From positions 3,844,001-3,908,000 of the forward strand of contig CM060734.1 of the NCBI GenBank assembly GCA_030704615.1: a stretch of DNA of 64,000 nucleotides, read 5' to 3'. The DNA comes from Takakia lepidozioides (lineage: Eukaryota > Plantae > Bryophyta). A model generated the notes under the pieces. It saw only the letters and a program-made list of their open reading frames with translations. It ran no database searches and had not been told where the DNA came from. The position numbers and the translations under genes were made by a program. Below, piece after piece: positions 36,201-49,175 of this stretch. Every line of letters starts with the position of its first letter. Position 1 is the first letter of the stretch.

Positions 36201-36484
36201 GTACTGCCTTGCTGTATGCACAGATAGGACTTAGTCACAGCTATAGTGATATAGCTTAGCCCCTATCACTAGTTATTAGTGGAATGCATACTATAACCAG
36301 TCCAAGGACTTAAGCAGCAGCAGGGATGTTGATTCGTGGAACTGTCATGTTCCAACTGCCACTAACGATTACTACGTAATCGTTCTGAAGACATACCGTC
36401 GGACAACCTCTGTTGAGTGCCTTGGGAAATGGGCCACACTGTTGAAAAACCCATTTCGCTTAAATCACGAAACAACGGTTAACA
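33211..36484 (+). mobile_element. 3' part of gypsy family 2: extra ORF remnant (33211-35560), PPT and 3' LTR
   Basis: Protein-level match to 54019-56400 (EEGGLAKRA, LTPCKSLGQLH.LNQTLIPLRYRMRPL, EFWRQAPLEY); PPT AAAGGAG(G)nATAAA-TG. Confidence 0.9.
35571..36484 (+). repeat. 3' LTR of family 2 (914 bp) containing three 33-bp tandem units at ~36066-36160
   Basis: TGATAACGGCT...CGGTTAACA; homologous to 53159-54017. Confidence 0.9.
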
Positions 36485-36719
36485 TGTCCTATAGTTCTAA
36501 TTTTACCACTCTCTAAGGTCAGTTTAGCAAAGATAGCACTGGGGTGGCATTTACTGGGGTTTTTTAATTTCGTAGTTGTGGAAGTTGTTTGGTAGTTATG
36601 TCTCCAATGTAAGTTGTATTTAGAGTTAGAAGCCCGTAGTGCATCTACGACTAAATAGATCAATATCATCCTATAGCAACTCAAAGATCATTGTACCTTA
36701 TTCGACTATATATTCACTT

Positions 36720-37480
36720 CATTCCAATCATCTCGACGTCTGGAAGACCTTCATGTAACATCTCATTGTCCTTTTCCGATACTTTTCATCTTATGAGGCA
36801 TTCAATCGTTGTTCTTTGACATATTTTTCTTTGCCTGTAGGGTTTGTGGTCATTTCAGTCATATGTTGCCATGCATCGGCAAGATGTATGTATCTTTGTT
36901 CTTCATTTTTTGTCCCAAATATGTGGACTTTTTGATTTCATGAATTGTCCACCATGTTTTCTCACAAATCTCATCTCTTTCAATGGCGATGTAGGACTGA
37001 TGACCACAACTAGAAAGTTGGTGTAATCTTCTCAAAATGTCAAATCCCAACTCTTTCTTGGCATCAAAGGAGAACGCCCAAAATTAACAGCCAATAGTTT
37101 TTGGCTTCTCCCAGCTAAAGTGTTGATAGCAGTTCATTCCACAACAGCTCACAAAAATTACTACTTGAATTGACTCCAAGTCTCTAGCTCTAGTTTAGGC
37201 CTAGAAAAAAGCTCGTCTTCCATGTTGTCCACAAAAACATTCACCAATAGTTCTTCATAGTTTTTTCAGGCTCACTCACAATCTGTTCGTCCGATCGAGC
37301 ATTAGATGAAGATGCAATCTCTAGAATCAATTAAGCTTGTGTTCATGAAGCCGTAGATACTCTTCACAAGACACATACGATAGCGACATTGTACTGAGCA
37401 CACCGCCATCTTGTTTCCCCACACCTTTTCTAATCATCCGCTTCGTACTTCATCCATCTATTCTATGACATTAAATGCTC
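36720..37480 (-). pseudogene. Highly degenerate coding remnant, possibly from a DNA transposase
   Basis: ICEKTWWTIHEIKKSTY...MHGN pattern recalled from transposase-like proteins; many stops. Confidence 0.25.
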
Positions 37481-37779
37481 TCTATCTCTACCAAGACTCT
37501 TGGGATTATTCTACTTCATTTCCGATTGAATGGTTCATTCATAAGGATGTAGTATGTAAAGCTTGACTTAATTTTTCTTCAAAGAAATTTGTAGAGTATT
37601 TTAGTATCTTCCTTCCAACTTGCCAGACACGTATTCATCCAATACACATGAAAATACACCACGATATCAATAGATGATTTGAGCCAAAAGATAACCACCA
37701 CCAAGAGCCCAAGCCCACGGCTTAAATAACATCAAATATAATCTAAATAGATGTGCCATTCCTTTATAGAGTTGTTAGC

Positions 37780-38476
37780 TTTAATTGTTCTGCCGGCGGT
37801 TACCAAGAAGCATTTGGCTTCTGGTAACGGTTTCGTGTGAACTTCATCCATTTTTTGGATGATATTGACTTTCTGTTGTCGCTTCTTCCTTCGTGGTTCA
37901 TCCTTGTGCTGGATGACAGTCAATGGTGATTGCCACGGTGTGCTTGTTTTGCGTTCATCTTTTCCGGATGAAGTAGGGTCTGGTAAATGCGCTGATTTTA
38001 GATGTGGCGTTACATGCGTGCAGTACCTGCAGATAATTTTATTAGTGTCACCTATATCTTCCGTCGTCTTTGGCAATCCGTTGGATTGCGCCGTCGTTCT
38101 CGCTCCATCTCATGATGAGTGTGTTGTGATGCGCCACATTGGTTCGTGCCTCTGGTGTCCTTATTTCGGGTGTTAGCACGATGAGTGACTTGTTGGCTGC
38201 TTCATATTTGTTCACGGTTTTATAGGGCATCTGTGATGGCCACGGTTCTCCAAAAGGTATACGTGGTGGTAATGTCATATTCCAGGTTAGTGATGGCCGA
38301 AATGTGGCCGTTCCTCGAACCCGTTGTGCCACTCGTTGTAACACTTGCTGATCTACCGTGGTATTGTGATGGATGTAGAAGGCGTTCAAGCTTTCTTGTT
38401 CCTCATCCGTCGTTTGTTCTTCCTCATTGACATATAAATCATGTATGAGGGCTTTGTCGTGTATTCCTTTATAGCT
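37780..38476 (-). pseudogene. Isolated fragment of the family-2 integrase C-terminal extension
   Basis: GIHDKALIHDLY.NEE..TLPPRIP.GEPWP.QMPY matches 57330-58016. Confidence 0.85.
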
Positions 38477-38615
38477 ATGGGCACATACCACGTTGGATAT
38501 GGTTGTGGGTTAAAACCACGGTCTGGTGTGTCATGAAGGTGTCCATCTTTAGGCAGTAGCCCTTGTGGTGAAGTGACATCATAGGTTATGCTCCCTTCGG
38601 GAGGCGTCATACTTT
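38477..38615 (+). mobile_element. 5'-truncated copy of the tRNA-derived SINE
   Basis: Aligns to 20884-21029; lacks the A box. Confidence 0.85.
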
Positions 38616-39987
38616 AAGAAATCAAGAACTCAGGCAATTAAATCTCAGGTGACCAGATCCACCCCCTAACATGTAAATAAGCCCTGCTCAATGTACTCAC
38701 CATGACATGGGCCCCCCTTGGTCGTTGGATGCCCTAGCCCACTTACTTAGTGAGTTCTTGCCGTCCAGAAGTAGTTGTTTTTGCCTTACTTTTCTTCCCT
38801 GTTTTGCTGATTACTTTGCTTCCCCCCTCAGCTGTAAGGTTCTCCTCCCTCTCCCGCATTGTCACCTTGCATGTCTGTCGTCAAATGAGGGACAACTGTT
38901 GCCCACATTCTTTTGGTACCGCAACATGTGGAAAGGGATGCTGGAGCCAGATTTTTATGGCCCGTTTCTGCTCCCCCTGCTTCTTGGTTTGTTTATGCTC
39001 CCCTTGCTCCTTGTTTTGTTTATACTCCCCCTTGTCAATCCCCTCCCTGGTCTGATCCCCCTTTCCCTTTCCCTTCCGATCCCCCTTTCCCTTCGTCTGT
39101 TCCTTTTTCTTTTTTCCTTTTCCTTTTCCTTCTCCTTCTCCTTCGTTTGTTCATGATCCCCCTTCCCCTTCCCCTTTAGGTGCGATTGACGTCCAGAGTT
39201 CTTTGCAGCAATCCGCTGCCGTGTTCGACCTACAACTGGGCCAGATGATGGTCTGTCTGAGCTAAAAACTAACCCAGGGGGGATTGGAGCAAAAACAATA
39301 GGCTCAGGCACGTTCAGACCTGTGATGAATGTGGAGCCAGGTGTGTCCCGATGCAATATTCCAAGCAGGTGTCAAAGAGATGGAAGCACGTGCAGGGGGC
39401 TCGACTCTGTGGGTTTGTCATGGTACAACAACAGGGGAGACCCCAACTCTACAACGACTCTACAGGGACTCTACAATGTCGCCCGTAGGGGGGATGCTAT
39501 TCTGTGAGCAGATCCCGCGAGCAGAAAATTCCGTGAGCAGAATTTTGTTCACGCTTCAGGATCTGCCCACCTATAACCGCGGACGCCTACTCGACTTAGA
39601 AGACCTATTACTGCGCAGAGTGGCCAGTATTACAAGCTCGGTTATGGATGCTGCTGGGATGAATGAGGGATGAATGGCGGATGAATGTCTGTATGATGAA
39701 TGAGACATGGATGAATGAAATAAATGCAATAATACAAAGTTGTTTTGTAGTAGTAGCTCCCAATTCCCCCGAGCTCCAAAATCCTTTGAACCATGCTAGT
39801 CTTGCTTGCAAATCAATTGTGAAAGTGTAGTGTATATTGCCAACAATGAATCCACATTGCTTTGTTGATTGAGGAGGGATTACTTGTCATTTTTCCAAGT
39901 ATCCAAGGTTGAGAGAGAGGCTCACACCCAAATCTAAAGAAGGCAGAGAGGTGAACTCGTGCTTTATAAATAAACGTTTCAAAACAC

Positions 39988-40560
39988 GTACTGGGAATTA
40001 AGATGTCGTTGACGACACCTTAATCCCCAGCACCTGCACACACCGCCTTACCGCCAAGGCTTGTTCACCATCAGATTTTTTTGGGTTGAAATTTTTTGGG
40101 TGAATTTTTTTGGGGTTTTTGGTTTTTCCATGAATTGTCATGTGCCAATTCGTACTGGGAATTAAGATGTCATTGACGACACCTTAATCCCCAGCACCTG
40201 CACACACACCGCCTTACCGCCAAGGCTTGTTCGCCATCAGATTTTTTTGGGTTGAAATTTTTTGGGTGAATTTTTTTGGGGTTTTGGTTTTTCCATGAAT
40301 TGTCATGTGCCAACTCGTACTGGGAATTAAGATGTCGTTGACGACACCTTAATCTGGCACATTCGGGATTTTATTTTATTTTTTGAAAATTTGCTGGGAA
40401 TTAAGATGGCGTTGACGACACCTTAATCCCAAGCCCCTGCACACACATGCTTACCGCTAAAGGTTTTTTTCCCCAGGTTGAATTGTCATGTGCCACAGGG
40501 GCTCGGAATTAAGCTGGCGTTGATGCCACCTCAATGCATGTTTCCCTGCACATAAATGCT
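39988..40560. repeat. Array of five hairpin motifs GGGAATTAAGATGTCGT-TG-ACGACACCTTAATCCC, the first units ~163-165 bp apart
   Basis: Motif near 39992, 40156, 40321, 40395 and 40504, decaying rightwards. Confidence 0.85.
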
Positions 40561-42521
40561 TATCGGTAAGGTTTTTTGGAATCATTTCTTTCTTTCATGG
40601 GTTGAGTTGTCATGTGCTAACAGGGGCTGTGAAGTAAGCTGCGCAGACTCTCTCCACCTCAAAATCCCCCCACCCCCCCCCCCCCCCGAGTGCTCTTACA
40701 ATCCGTGCTCACAGCCGTGAAGAATTCCCCTTAGGAGCTGATCTGTCGTACGTCTCTGTTCGCGTGGTTGTCAGAACAGTGCTGCAATCTCTATAGGAGG
40801 ACAGTTAATGTGGAGAGAAACAAGTGGAATCTTTGATCTGCTTTTTGATGTGGCACTATATTCAACTTTCCTCTGTGGCTTGAGGCCCATGGGGTTGTGT
40901 TTTAGTCTTACGGAGGTCCATCAGGCGTGAACATATTAGTGACAGGGACAGATTGAATGGCACACTTTTTTGTATATCCATAATCACCACTCTTCCTCGG
41001 CCATGGATGTTTATGGCCTCTGCTACATTCGCTGTGGTTTTTGAGAATAAATCCCATGTTTGTGTAAAGTTGGGAAGGTTGTAACTATTTAACCCTTTAG
41101 GAATCCAGTCAATCCTAATGCCAGTTCCCGTTTCAAAGATGTAGTCCCCATTTTGCAGTGCTGTTACCCAGCAAACAGAAAGTGGAGGGAAGACCTCCTT
41201 CTGAGCTTGTGCCAGATTTTTAAATGAACCTTGCTAAATCAAAGACTGGACTTACCCTGCTCCTTAATGAACCTGTCATATGGTTATTTTGGTGAGCCTT
41301 CTCAAGTTCATGGATTACTCGTGGTTTCTCATCAGGTTCTTGTTTGGGAGATTAAAGCCATGTTGTAAAAGGTAGAGACTTGTTGTTCCACCTATCACTT
41401 CTACAGAAATGGATAATGGTCTCTACAACCTATTTTATGTGCACTTTGTGTCAAATGGATTTGGGAAAAAGAATACGTAGGTGGTGTTTGGTGGTGCCCA
41501 AGCCTGTTGGTTAGGTGAATCATTTAAGAGGCGTTGACAGTTTTGGAAAGGAGATCATGGTGGTGGGACGATTGATAAAGCGGAAAGGTGTAACACAGTG
41601 CTGGATTCAACATTCCTGGTGTAGGTCATCACCAATCAGTGATCCATCTATGGTCTGTGGCTACTTCACTCTTCACATCTGTAGGTTGTCTTGCGGAAGG
41701 TAGAGGTTTGTAACTTCACTTCTGTTTTTGGGCTCGTCTTGTGGTCTCTGGAAGGGAGTTGTAGATACGTTTTTCCCAAAGTGAAGCCCTGCCCCTAAGG
41801 CTTGTTTGGATGAACAGGAACAAACTTCCGATCCTACAACGGGGCTTCTTCACTCGTACAAAGGAGAAACCATTGGCAAATTCTGGAACAATAGGTGATG
41901 TGCATGGGACCAGCATTGAAGCACGCTAGCAGGGCACGTATTTTCCAGTGGAGATTGCATCAAAGCTGTTCTGCCAAGCTTTGTGTCAAAGCCCGTTACT
42001 GGCACAAGTCAATGGCAAGAGCAAAGTGTTACTACCCCGCTTGCTTAAAGTCTGGAAGGTGGAGCTCCACAAGACCCATTACTTGTTGGATTGCAAGAGG
42101 GATAGTGCCAGGTTAATATGGCCATGGTCTGACCAGCATCTAGGTGACCGGAGTCCATTATAGAGGACTTTGAGGCTTACTGATGGGGAAACTCATTACA
42201 AGCAAAGATTGATTGTGGTCCTCATTAGACCATTTTTTTTTCTTGTGTACTGGACTTACACGAATAAAACAGAATCCTTAAGGTGGATCCTCTTGTTACT
42301 ATCTCGGAAAACTCCGAGAGCCTACCCGGTGTAGAGAACCCAGAGCAGGAGAGTTCTGGGTTCATCAAAGGCCTTGAAGTGCTCTGTAGCCACAATATGC
42401 TTGTACTGCGTGAGGTTTGATTTGTGATTGTGAAAGGGACACAAAAGTCTGTCTGTTTCTTCTCAACAACCTTGGATATTAAAAAATTTCAAGACCTGTG
42501 TGTGGGTGCCAATCTGTGTTC

Positions 42522-42655
42522 ATTTTCAGCAGTTATACCTAGAGGAAGGACTTTAAACCTCCATCAGAAGCCCTACGGAACAAAATGCATTTTCAGCAGT
42601 TATACCTGGAGGAAGGACTTCAAACCTCCATTAGAAGCCCCACGGAACAAAATAC
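42522..42655. repeat. Two-copy ~68-bp tandem repeat
   Basis: TTTCAGCAGTTATACCT.GAGGAAGGACTT.AAACCTCCAT.AGAAGCCC.ACGGAACAAAAT twice. Confidence 0.8.
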
Positions 42656-43140
42656 AACACAAGAGTGTGAACTGAGAAGCCATCTCAGCTCTATGCTTAG
42701 ATGCATTTAAAAAGCGATTTTGCCCTTTCTGCTGAATTACAATTTGGACGATGCACATCCTTAGACTTGCAGAAGGCTCCAATTTGTACGAAATACTAAC
42801 AAGAGAATCCATATTAAGGATTAAATATTCTACCCACCAGACTTCATGAACTACCTAAGGGCAAGCACATAGAAACCCAGGGTTGTGAGCTCCAAAGTTT
42901 GATCAAATACCAATATTATCTACCTCAACATGCTTTGATTAGAATGCTTCCCTTCAGTTAGCCTTCAGTTATAGCATTGGTTTACTACATGTTTTGCGAT
43001 TTTCTTTAGCATTTTCCTTTCATAACCATGACATCAGCCCGCTTGGACTTGATGTTTCAGCAAAACTTCTCATTTAGGGTGAAATGAGAAGAGACAGGGA
43101 ATCAAAAGTGGCCAAGAACCACAAGCTAATAATAACAAAC

Positions 43141-43875
43141 ACATCTGGAAAGCCAGATGCGCTTGGGCCTTGGGCAACACTAACTCCACGTCTCAATGAT
43201 GCTTACCATGATCTTCTTTGACATTCAAATTGAAGCTCGAAAGGCTTGGATCAAACTCTCTGCAGACATTTGCAAGCATCCAGAGACTCAACATCAGCTC
43301 CACAGCTCCTTCAACGTCTCATGGGCAAAGCATGGAATCATATGCACAAGTCCTGCGCCTACCATTTGCAACTGGAGCTCAATCCCTCAACTCTAGAGGA
43401 ATTGCAACACGCCACTGCCCTGATTCACCAGACTACGATCGTGATATCAATTGGAGACACGTCAAGGGGAAGAGATATGTGAAGTTGCACTTCGATCACT
43501 GATCGGGCTCTCCAGTGCATCGCGCTCCTTCTCGAGCTCTCCAGAGTGTTCTCCCTAGTTCTCAGTAGATAGGCAGTTACGTTTTATGTTCTTCTGTCGT
43601 AGCTTGTACTGGTACGTCAATTTCAATTTTTGCGTTCTAGCATCACATGGGCAGGGAATGGGGGTATGGCCGACTATGGTCGCCCATCCTCTTGCTTTTG
43701 GGCCCTTTTGGTCCTTGCCTTGGCCGTTTCGGCAGTCTCTCTTGCGATTGTCTCAAGCTCGTCCCTCATCCTATGGATGTGCTCCATGCCTTATGGCGTT
43801 ATTTTTTTCCCCTCAATAAAATTAAATGGCCAACGCCCTTTATTAAAAACAAAACAACAAAAACAAAAAACAAAC
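43141..43875 (+). mobile_element. Short 5'-truncated L1 3' end with degenerate A tail
   Basis: IWKARC..FFDIQIEARKAW..SWAKHGIICT..INWRHV..LHF aligns to the LINE C-terminus at 9430-9769; TTTTTTTCCCCTCAATAA then an A-rich tail. Confidence 0.8.
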
Positions 43876-45556
43876 TATCCCTCTTGCTAGGCTGATTGAA
43901 AGACAATTGTGCCTTGGATTCACCTTTCGTAAAACTACGACGATGCCCTCCAGTTAATTTCTGAATCATCACCATCGATAGGGGAGAGTGTGGCGCTAAG
44001 AGAGCGCCCAGCACACAGGAGGGAGTTGTGCCATGATATCCTTGAATCTGTAACTTGAGTGCGGAAGATGTCGCCTTTTCTCCATGAAGCGTCAAAGCCA
44101 ACAAGCACTTCTGCTGAACCCTGCAGGAAATCACTCTTAAGTAAGATGGATTCCCTCAAAAACCATAGAACAACAAGGCTTCCAGATATGCCAAAGGATA
44201 TGACCACGGAGTGCTGCCCACACTGGACAAGAGTGCCACAAGGATCCTACATTGTAGTTTAAAAGAAGGACAAAGGCACAAGAATCGAAGTCCCGACACC
44301 AAGGGGAATAGAAGATCGCTTTGAAGCGCCAAACTGTAATTGCCAAGGGACACTAATATAGGAAACAATGCTTAATAGTTTCAAGTGCATGAAGCTTAGA
44401 AGGACTAAGCAAACCATGAAGATGCCTAATTACACTAAGAGGGAATTGAGGGAATGTGTCAGCCTCATAAAATCCAAGGTGTGGAGTGTGGTGCAGAAGC
44501 GGAGACCTTCAACCGAATGTCAAATGATAGGTTGCCCATGAAGATAGTACTCAAGGCAAGGAAGCCTAAGAAAGAGTGCACAGATTTGGACTCGGACACC
44601 ACCCAGGAGAACTCTGAGCTAGATGATTTTGACATGGGAGACCATTATGAGCAGGTGTTGGCAGACAAGAAGAGGAGGGGGGCACCTATCACACGACCTG
44701 AGGAGCCACCTGCAGTACATTCAACTCCAGCAACAAAGAATAGTTCTCCAACCTTGAAGTCGAGGAAGGATTCATAACCCCACGAAAAACTCAACGAAGC
44801 CCAAAGGTTCGGTTCCAGATCTCACCGATCTCATGATAGGAAGAAGGGAGAACCGTCAGGGCACGATTTTATTTTTATTTTGGGGGGGGGGATAATGTCA
44901 CCAGGGCTGGAAGCACTTCGGCGGAAGTAAGCAATGTTGCCAATAGCCCTATATTGCATGTGCCAGAAACAAGAAGCTAAAACGATAATGGCAGGACGAG
45001 TTGGTGTCATTAAATACCAAGACAGGGTCTATGAAAAGATAGCCATGGCAAGCATCGTGGACTATACCCTGGGCTTGCTGCTCACGCAAATCATAAGGAG
45101 GAAGTTCAGAGAGAGGGAGTTCTCTCTCTGACGCATTACTTGGAAGCTCCCCGAGCTTACGAGCAATTGTCTGTACCATTGTGTGCTAATCACACATTCA
45201 TTCTCTACGCACTGTACAACATTTTGGAGTTGTTCAGTACGCAACCTCCTTGTCTTACTTTCATGAAGAGGATGAGAGAGATGGAGCGATGCTCATATAT
45301 CTGAAGGTCAAGAGCAATATCGCTCTGCAAAGAAAGACAATGAACTCACCAGAAACAAGGTGTTTCTGGAGATGATGGAGCTTGACTATCTCTTGGAGAG
45401 GTATTGGACACTACACCATAAGGAGCCGATGAAGAAATAGCCCCAATGACTCTGGTCGTTCATGGTCCAGTGCTCATGATCGTTCATGGTCGTTGCACCC
45501 TGAGTCTTTATGGTCACTCATGATGCTTGTGCCATGACTGTTCATGGGCATGTCTA

Positions 45557-45665
45557 CACTAGTAGGAATCCTGTCTTTTACGACTACGCTTACAGCTGCA
45601 AAACTAGTCGTAATAGACATTTGCGGCTAGGGGGCCACCAGTGGTAAGAGACTAGTTGTGGCAGG
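45557..45665 (+). mobile_element. Probable CACTA transposon left terminus
   Basis: CACTAGTAGGAA followed by short TTTACGACTA/TAGTCGTAA inverted subterminal motifs; matching right end not found. Confidence 0.5.
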
Positions 45666-48600
45666 GACATGGATGAAAGTACCCACGAATGAATGAAGTG
45701 ACGGTTGTGTGTCACGGGATTATAAGTGCGGGAGGATTTGATTTCATTTCGTGTGGGTACGTTTTGTAAATATCATTCGGAGTAAAGAGAGTGGATAAAC
45801 CTCTGTGTAAAAATACTCGTGAAAGAGAGTTGGAGAGTGATGGATGATATTCACTTGAAAGATAGCATGTAAGAGAGTAATAACTGCGTATTCTATAAAT
45901 GTCATTCGGTGTAAAGAGAGTGGGTAAATCGTTGTGTGGAAATTCCTGTATAATATAATATGTATTATGGATGAGGGGTACAACATAGCAGTGTAGAGTA
46001 GGATTAGTGGGCTTGAGGGGTGTATCATATATATGTATAGGAGTAGTGTATACGATGAGGGGTATGGCAGAGAATCATGTAGAAGTAGCGTGACTGAGAT
46101 ATATATCAGAAAAGTGTACTATAGTGTGTATATGGGGTGAATATGCCCTTGTGTCGTAATAATGTGGAGAGTAGGGGGGGGGGGTAAGCATACCCATACT
46201 TTGGAACGGTGGAGTTTGTGGAATGTGGTTGATAGAGGATGGATGGTATGTAGCTGAGAGATAGTGAGGATCAGAGTAATACTGGTGAGCTTTGTGAGAG
46301 TCATTGGGTGGGAAAAAAGAGGAGAAATCACTGTGTAAAAGTACTTGGGGAGAGTAGCGTATGTGTAAAATTGTTTGGAACAGAGAGAGCCAGTACATCC
46401 GAGTAGCTTATGAAATAAAACATGAAAATGTTGAATGGTCTTCACTTGGGAGAAAGCTTGTAAGAAAGAAGTGGGGGTTAGAAGAAGGAACACTTAATAG
46501 TGTATATTAGGAATTGAGCCAGGAATTGAACTAGATAGCTTCATGTAAACGATGTTAGACTCTTTTAACAAGATGAGATAAGGAGATAACCAAAGTTGGA
46601 GGGAAGGGTAGGTGTGCTCCCTATGAATTAAAGGGCGTTGAGAAGGCGGAGGTGGAGTCTCCTCAGCTACCTATGCCGGAGCACCGGGGTGATAGTGTTG
46701 GTAGTTGCAGGGCAGATCCAGAGGTTACAGTTACAATTGTGGCACCGGTCAGATAGGGTTGGCCAGTCCAGCTTCCACTGCCTATTAAAGCTTGTTATCC
46801 CATGAGAACTTGGCAGCCACCCGGTTGCTGTGAGAGGACCCTTCATTTTAAGGCAACATACCACAAACATTTGGAGGAGGAGGAAGAAAAAACGAAGGCA
46901 CAAGAGCAATGGGCAGAACTATTGGAGTAAGAGCACCCGCATTCTCTGCTTTCACCTGTCTTTGCTATCTCTCTGTGTCTGCTCCCCTGTTCCCCAGTCC
47001 CCTGCTCCTCATGTTCCCCTGTTCCTCAGTCCTCCTTCCTGTTTAGACAACCCACCATAGGCAACTGCTAAATGCAGGCCTTCGGAAGCTCTTTCCAACC
47101 AGTGAAGTATGTTTAAAAGGTGTGCAGTTTAGCGTCCATTGGAGGAAGTGAAGGACTCGGCAAAGCCAATGGGCCGAGTGGGAAGACTTGCCTTGGTGTC
47201 ATCCAGGCCCCCAGACATGGAAGAGTCCTCAAATTCTTGCCATTGCTTCAGAGCCTGGGGGAGAGTCAGGTCCAGATCGATGCCTCGACTTCCTTCTTCA
47301 TCAAAGTCTGAGGGTTTCCATTGTTGAACAAGGGGTGCCAGCACAACAGCATGGCCCATATTAGGGCGCTGATAGGGTTGTTGAAAAACTAAACTACTCT
47401 ATGGTTTTTCTTGATCCTACCTCTTTCCTTCCTTTATTTTTGAAGAACAAGTGTAATGCTTTCTACGATGGGCTATTTTCGGCCCAGCCAATGGAAGACC
47501 TCTGCTTTGTTGTGACAGTCGGGTTTATGATGGCTTGTGTGAGAGACACACATCTGTTTTCCAAGCCCTAGTTTGCTTTGCTTGCCTTATGGTAGTTGGA
47601 AACAATTTGAGAGGCTGCAAGGAACTGTTTGTTGCAGCTATTCGGGTACCCATGTTGGCCCCTCTTATGTTCCAACCCGGATGGCTTTGTTAGCTAGATG
47701 CTTAGGCCAAGGTATGGTGAAGATACTGCTTGTGGATATTCGGCTGACAATGAAATATGGTAGCAATATATAACTGGTAACTGGTTTTTGAGGCAGCCAG
47801 GGTGGTCAAGTGGAAATACCCACTGGACATGGTGTAATGACATGGTCAAATGTGGAATGATGTGAATAGGATGTACTGACAGTATTATATACTGTCACAT
47901 GATGTGTATGCAGTCCTTTATCTTTACCTTGATGGGTTACGAACTTTGATTTTCAGCTGTAGCAAGAAATAAAGGTATAGGGGTATTCTGGAAAACTTAC
48001 CAGACATATCCACCTCCCCTGTGGGGGCAAGCTGTGCTGTAGACCAGTCTAAGCAAATACTGGCAGGGCAAGATATTTAAATCTGTGATGTCCAAGTGTT
48101 CTTCTCGTTCTTTTTGTTTTGGAAAAAAACCCCTCCATGACACCCATGGGGTTTGAGTAAGTATGCTTGGATTACAGCTTGCGGGCAGTAAATCTGTATG
48201 ACCATTTGACCTGCAACACATCAAGGCCAAAATATGGCCAAGTACCCGCCATCCCACCCAGACCTCTGAATGTGTATCATGATCATGACTGGTGGTCAAT
48301 CATCATCAGTTGCATACTCTTTGGGTTATGAATAATACTGACATGAACACATTATTGTGCATGGATGTAATTATGGATTTTCTAAGCTTGATGATTGATG
48401 GATGGTGCCACTGTTAAGTGGCTGATATGTCTGATTATTCTTTCATGACAACGACCCTAGGGATCCTGTCCTTGTCTTGACATGACAAAAAGTATCTTCC
48501 CCTCTCTCTTATTAATTTTTTCTACCCACTCTTTCCCTCTGTGGTTGTTTTATTTTTGTGAGCAGCACGAAAGAGAGGGAAGATACTATGTCTTGTCGGG

Positions 48601-49175
48601 ACATGGACAGGACCAAACATGGTCATTGTCAATTTTTACGACAAATCAACCTCATGAAGAGGCATTATCAGTCAAACTCCACTTCAAATAAGATTTATGA
48701 TGACCTCCATTACATTTCAAAGACAAGGAATCTACCTGGTAGATTTCAATGACAAGAAAATACGGGTGGGAGGGTGGGATTACTTAGAAGATCCCCTCCT
48801 TATAATAATCCAGCTTTATATTCTAAGGAACAGTATGCTAAACAAGTGTTATCAGCCTGTTTTTATGCCTGTTTTAGAATTATAAGCTATGGGTGGCATC
48901 TAAGCAAACAATTAAATGTTTACCTATATCATGCAATAGTACTGCTCATCTGGAACCCAAAAGTTCCAGCTATTTTCCATTAATCACACAACCGGGATAT
49001 TAAATCATCTGGTTACTTGATAAGATAACCAGTTTTTAAATAACAACAACCCAGAGCTTATCTGCTACATTTTTAGAACTTCTTGTAATCATGACATAGA
49101 GTCAAAACTCATTGCATTGTTTGGTAAGCTTGATTTCCCAGAATTGCTTTCTACTGCAGTGTTCTGTATCAGGAT

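Noticed and set aside
40700-42500. Possible degenerate LINE ORF1/endonuclease
   Set aside because: No diagnostic motif could be read with confidence.
43900-45450. Coding-like remnants
   Set aside because: Too fragmented to assign to any family.
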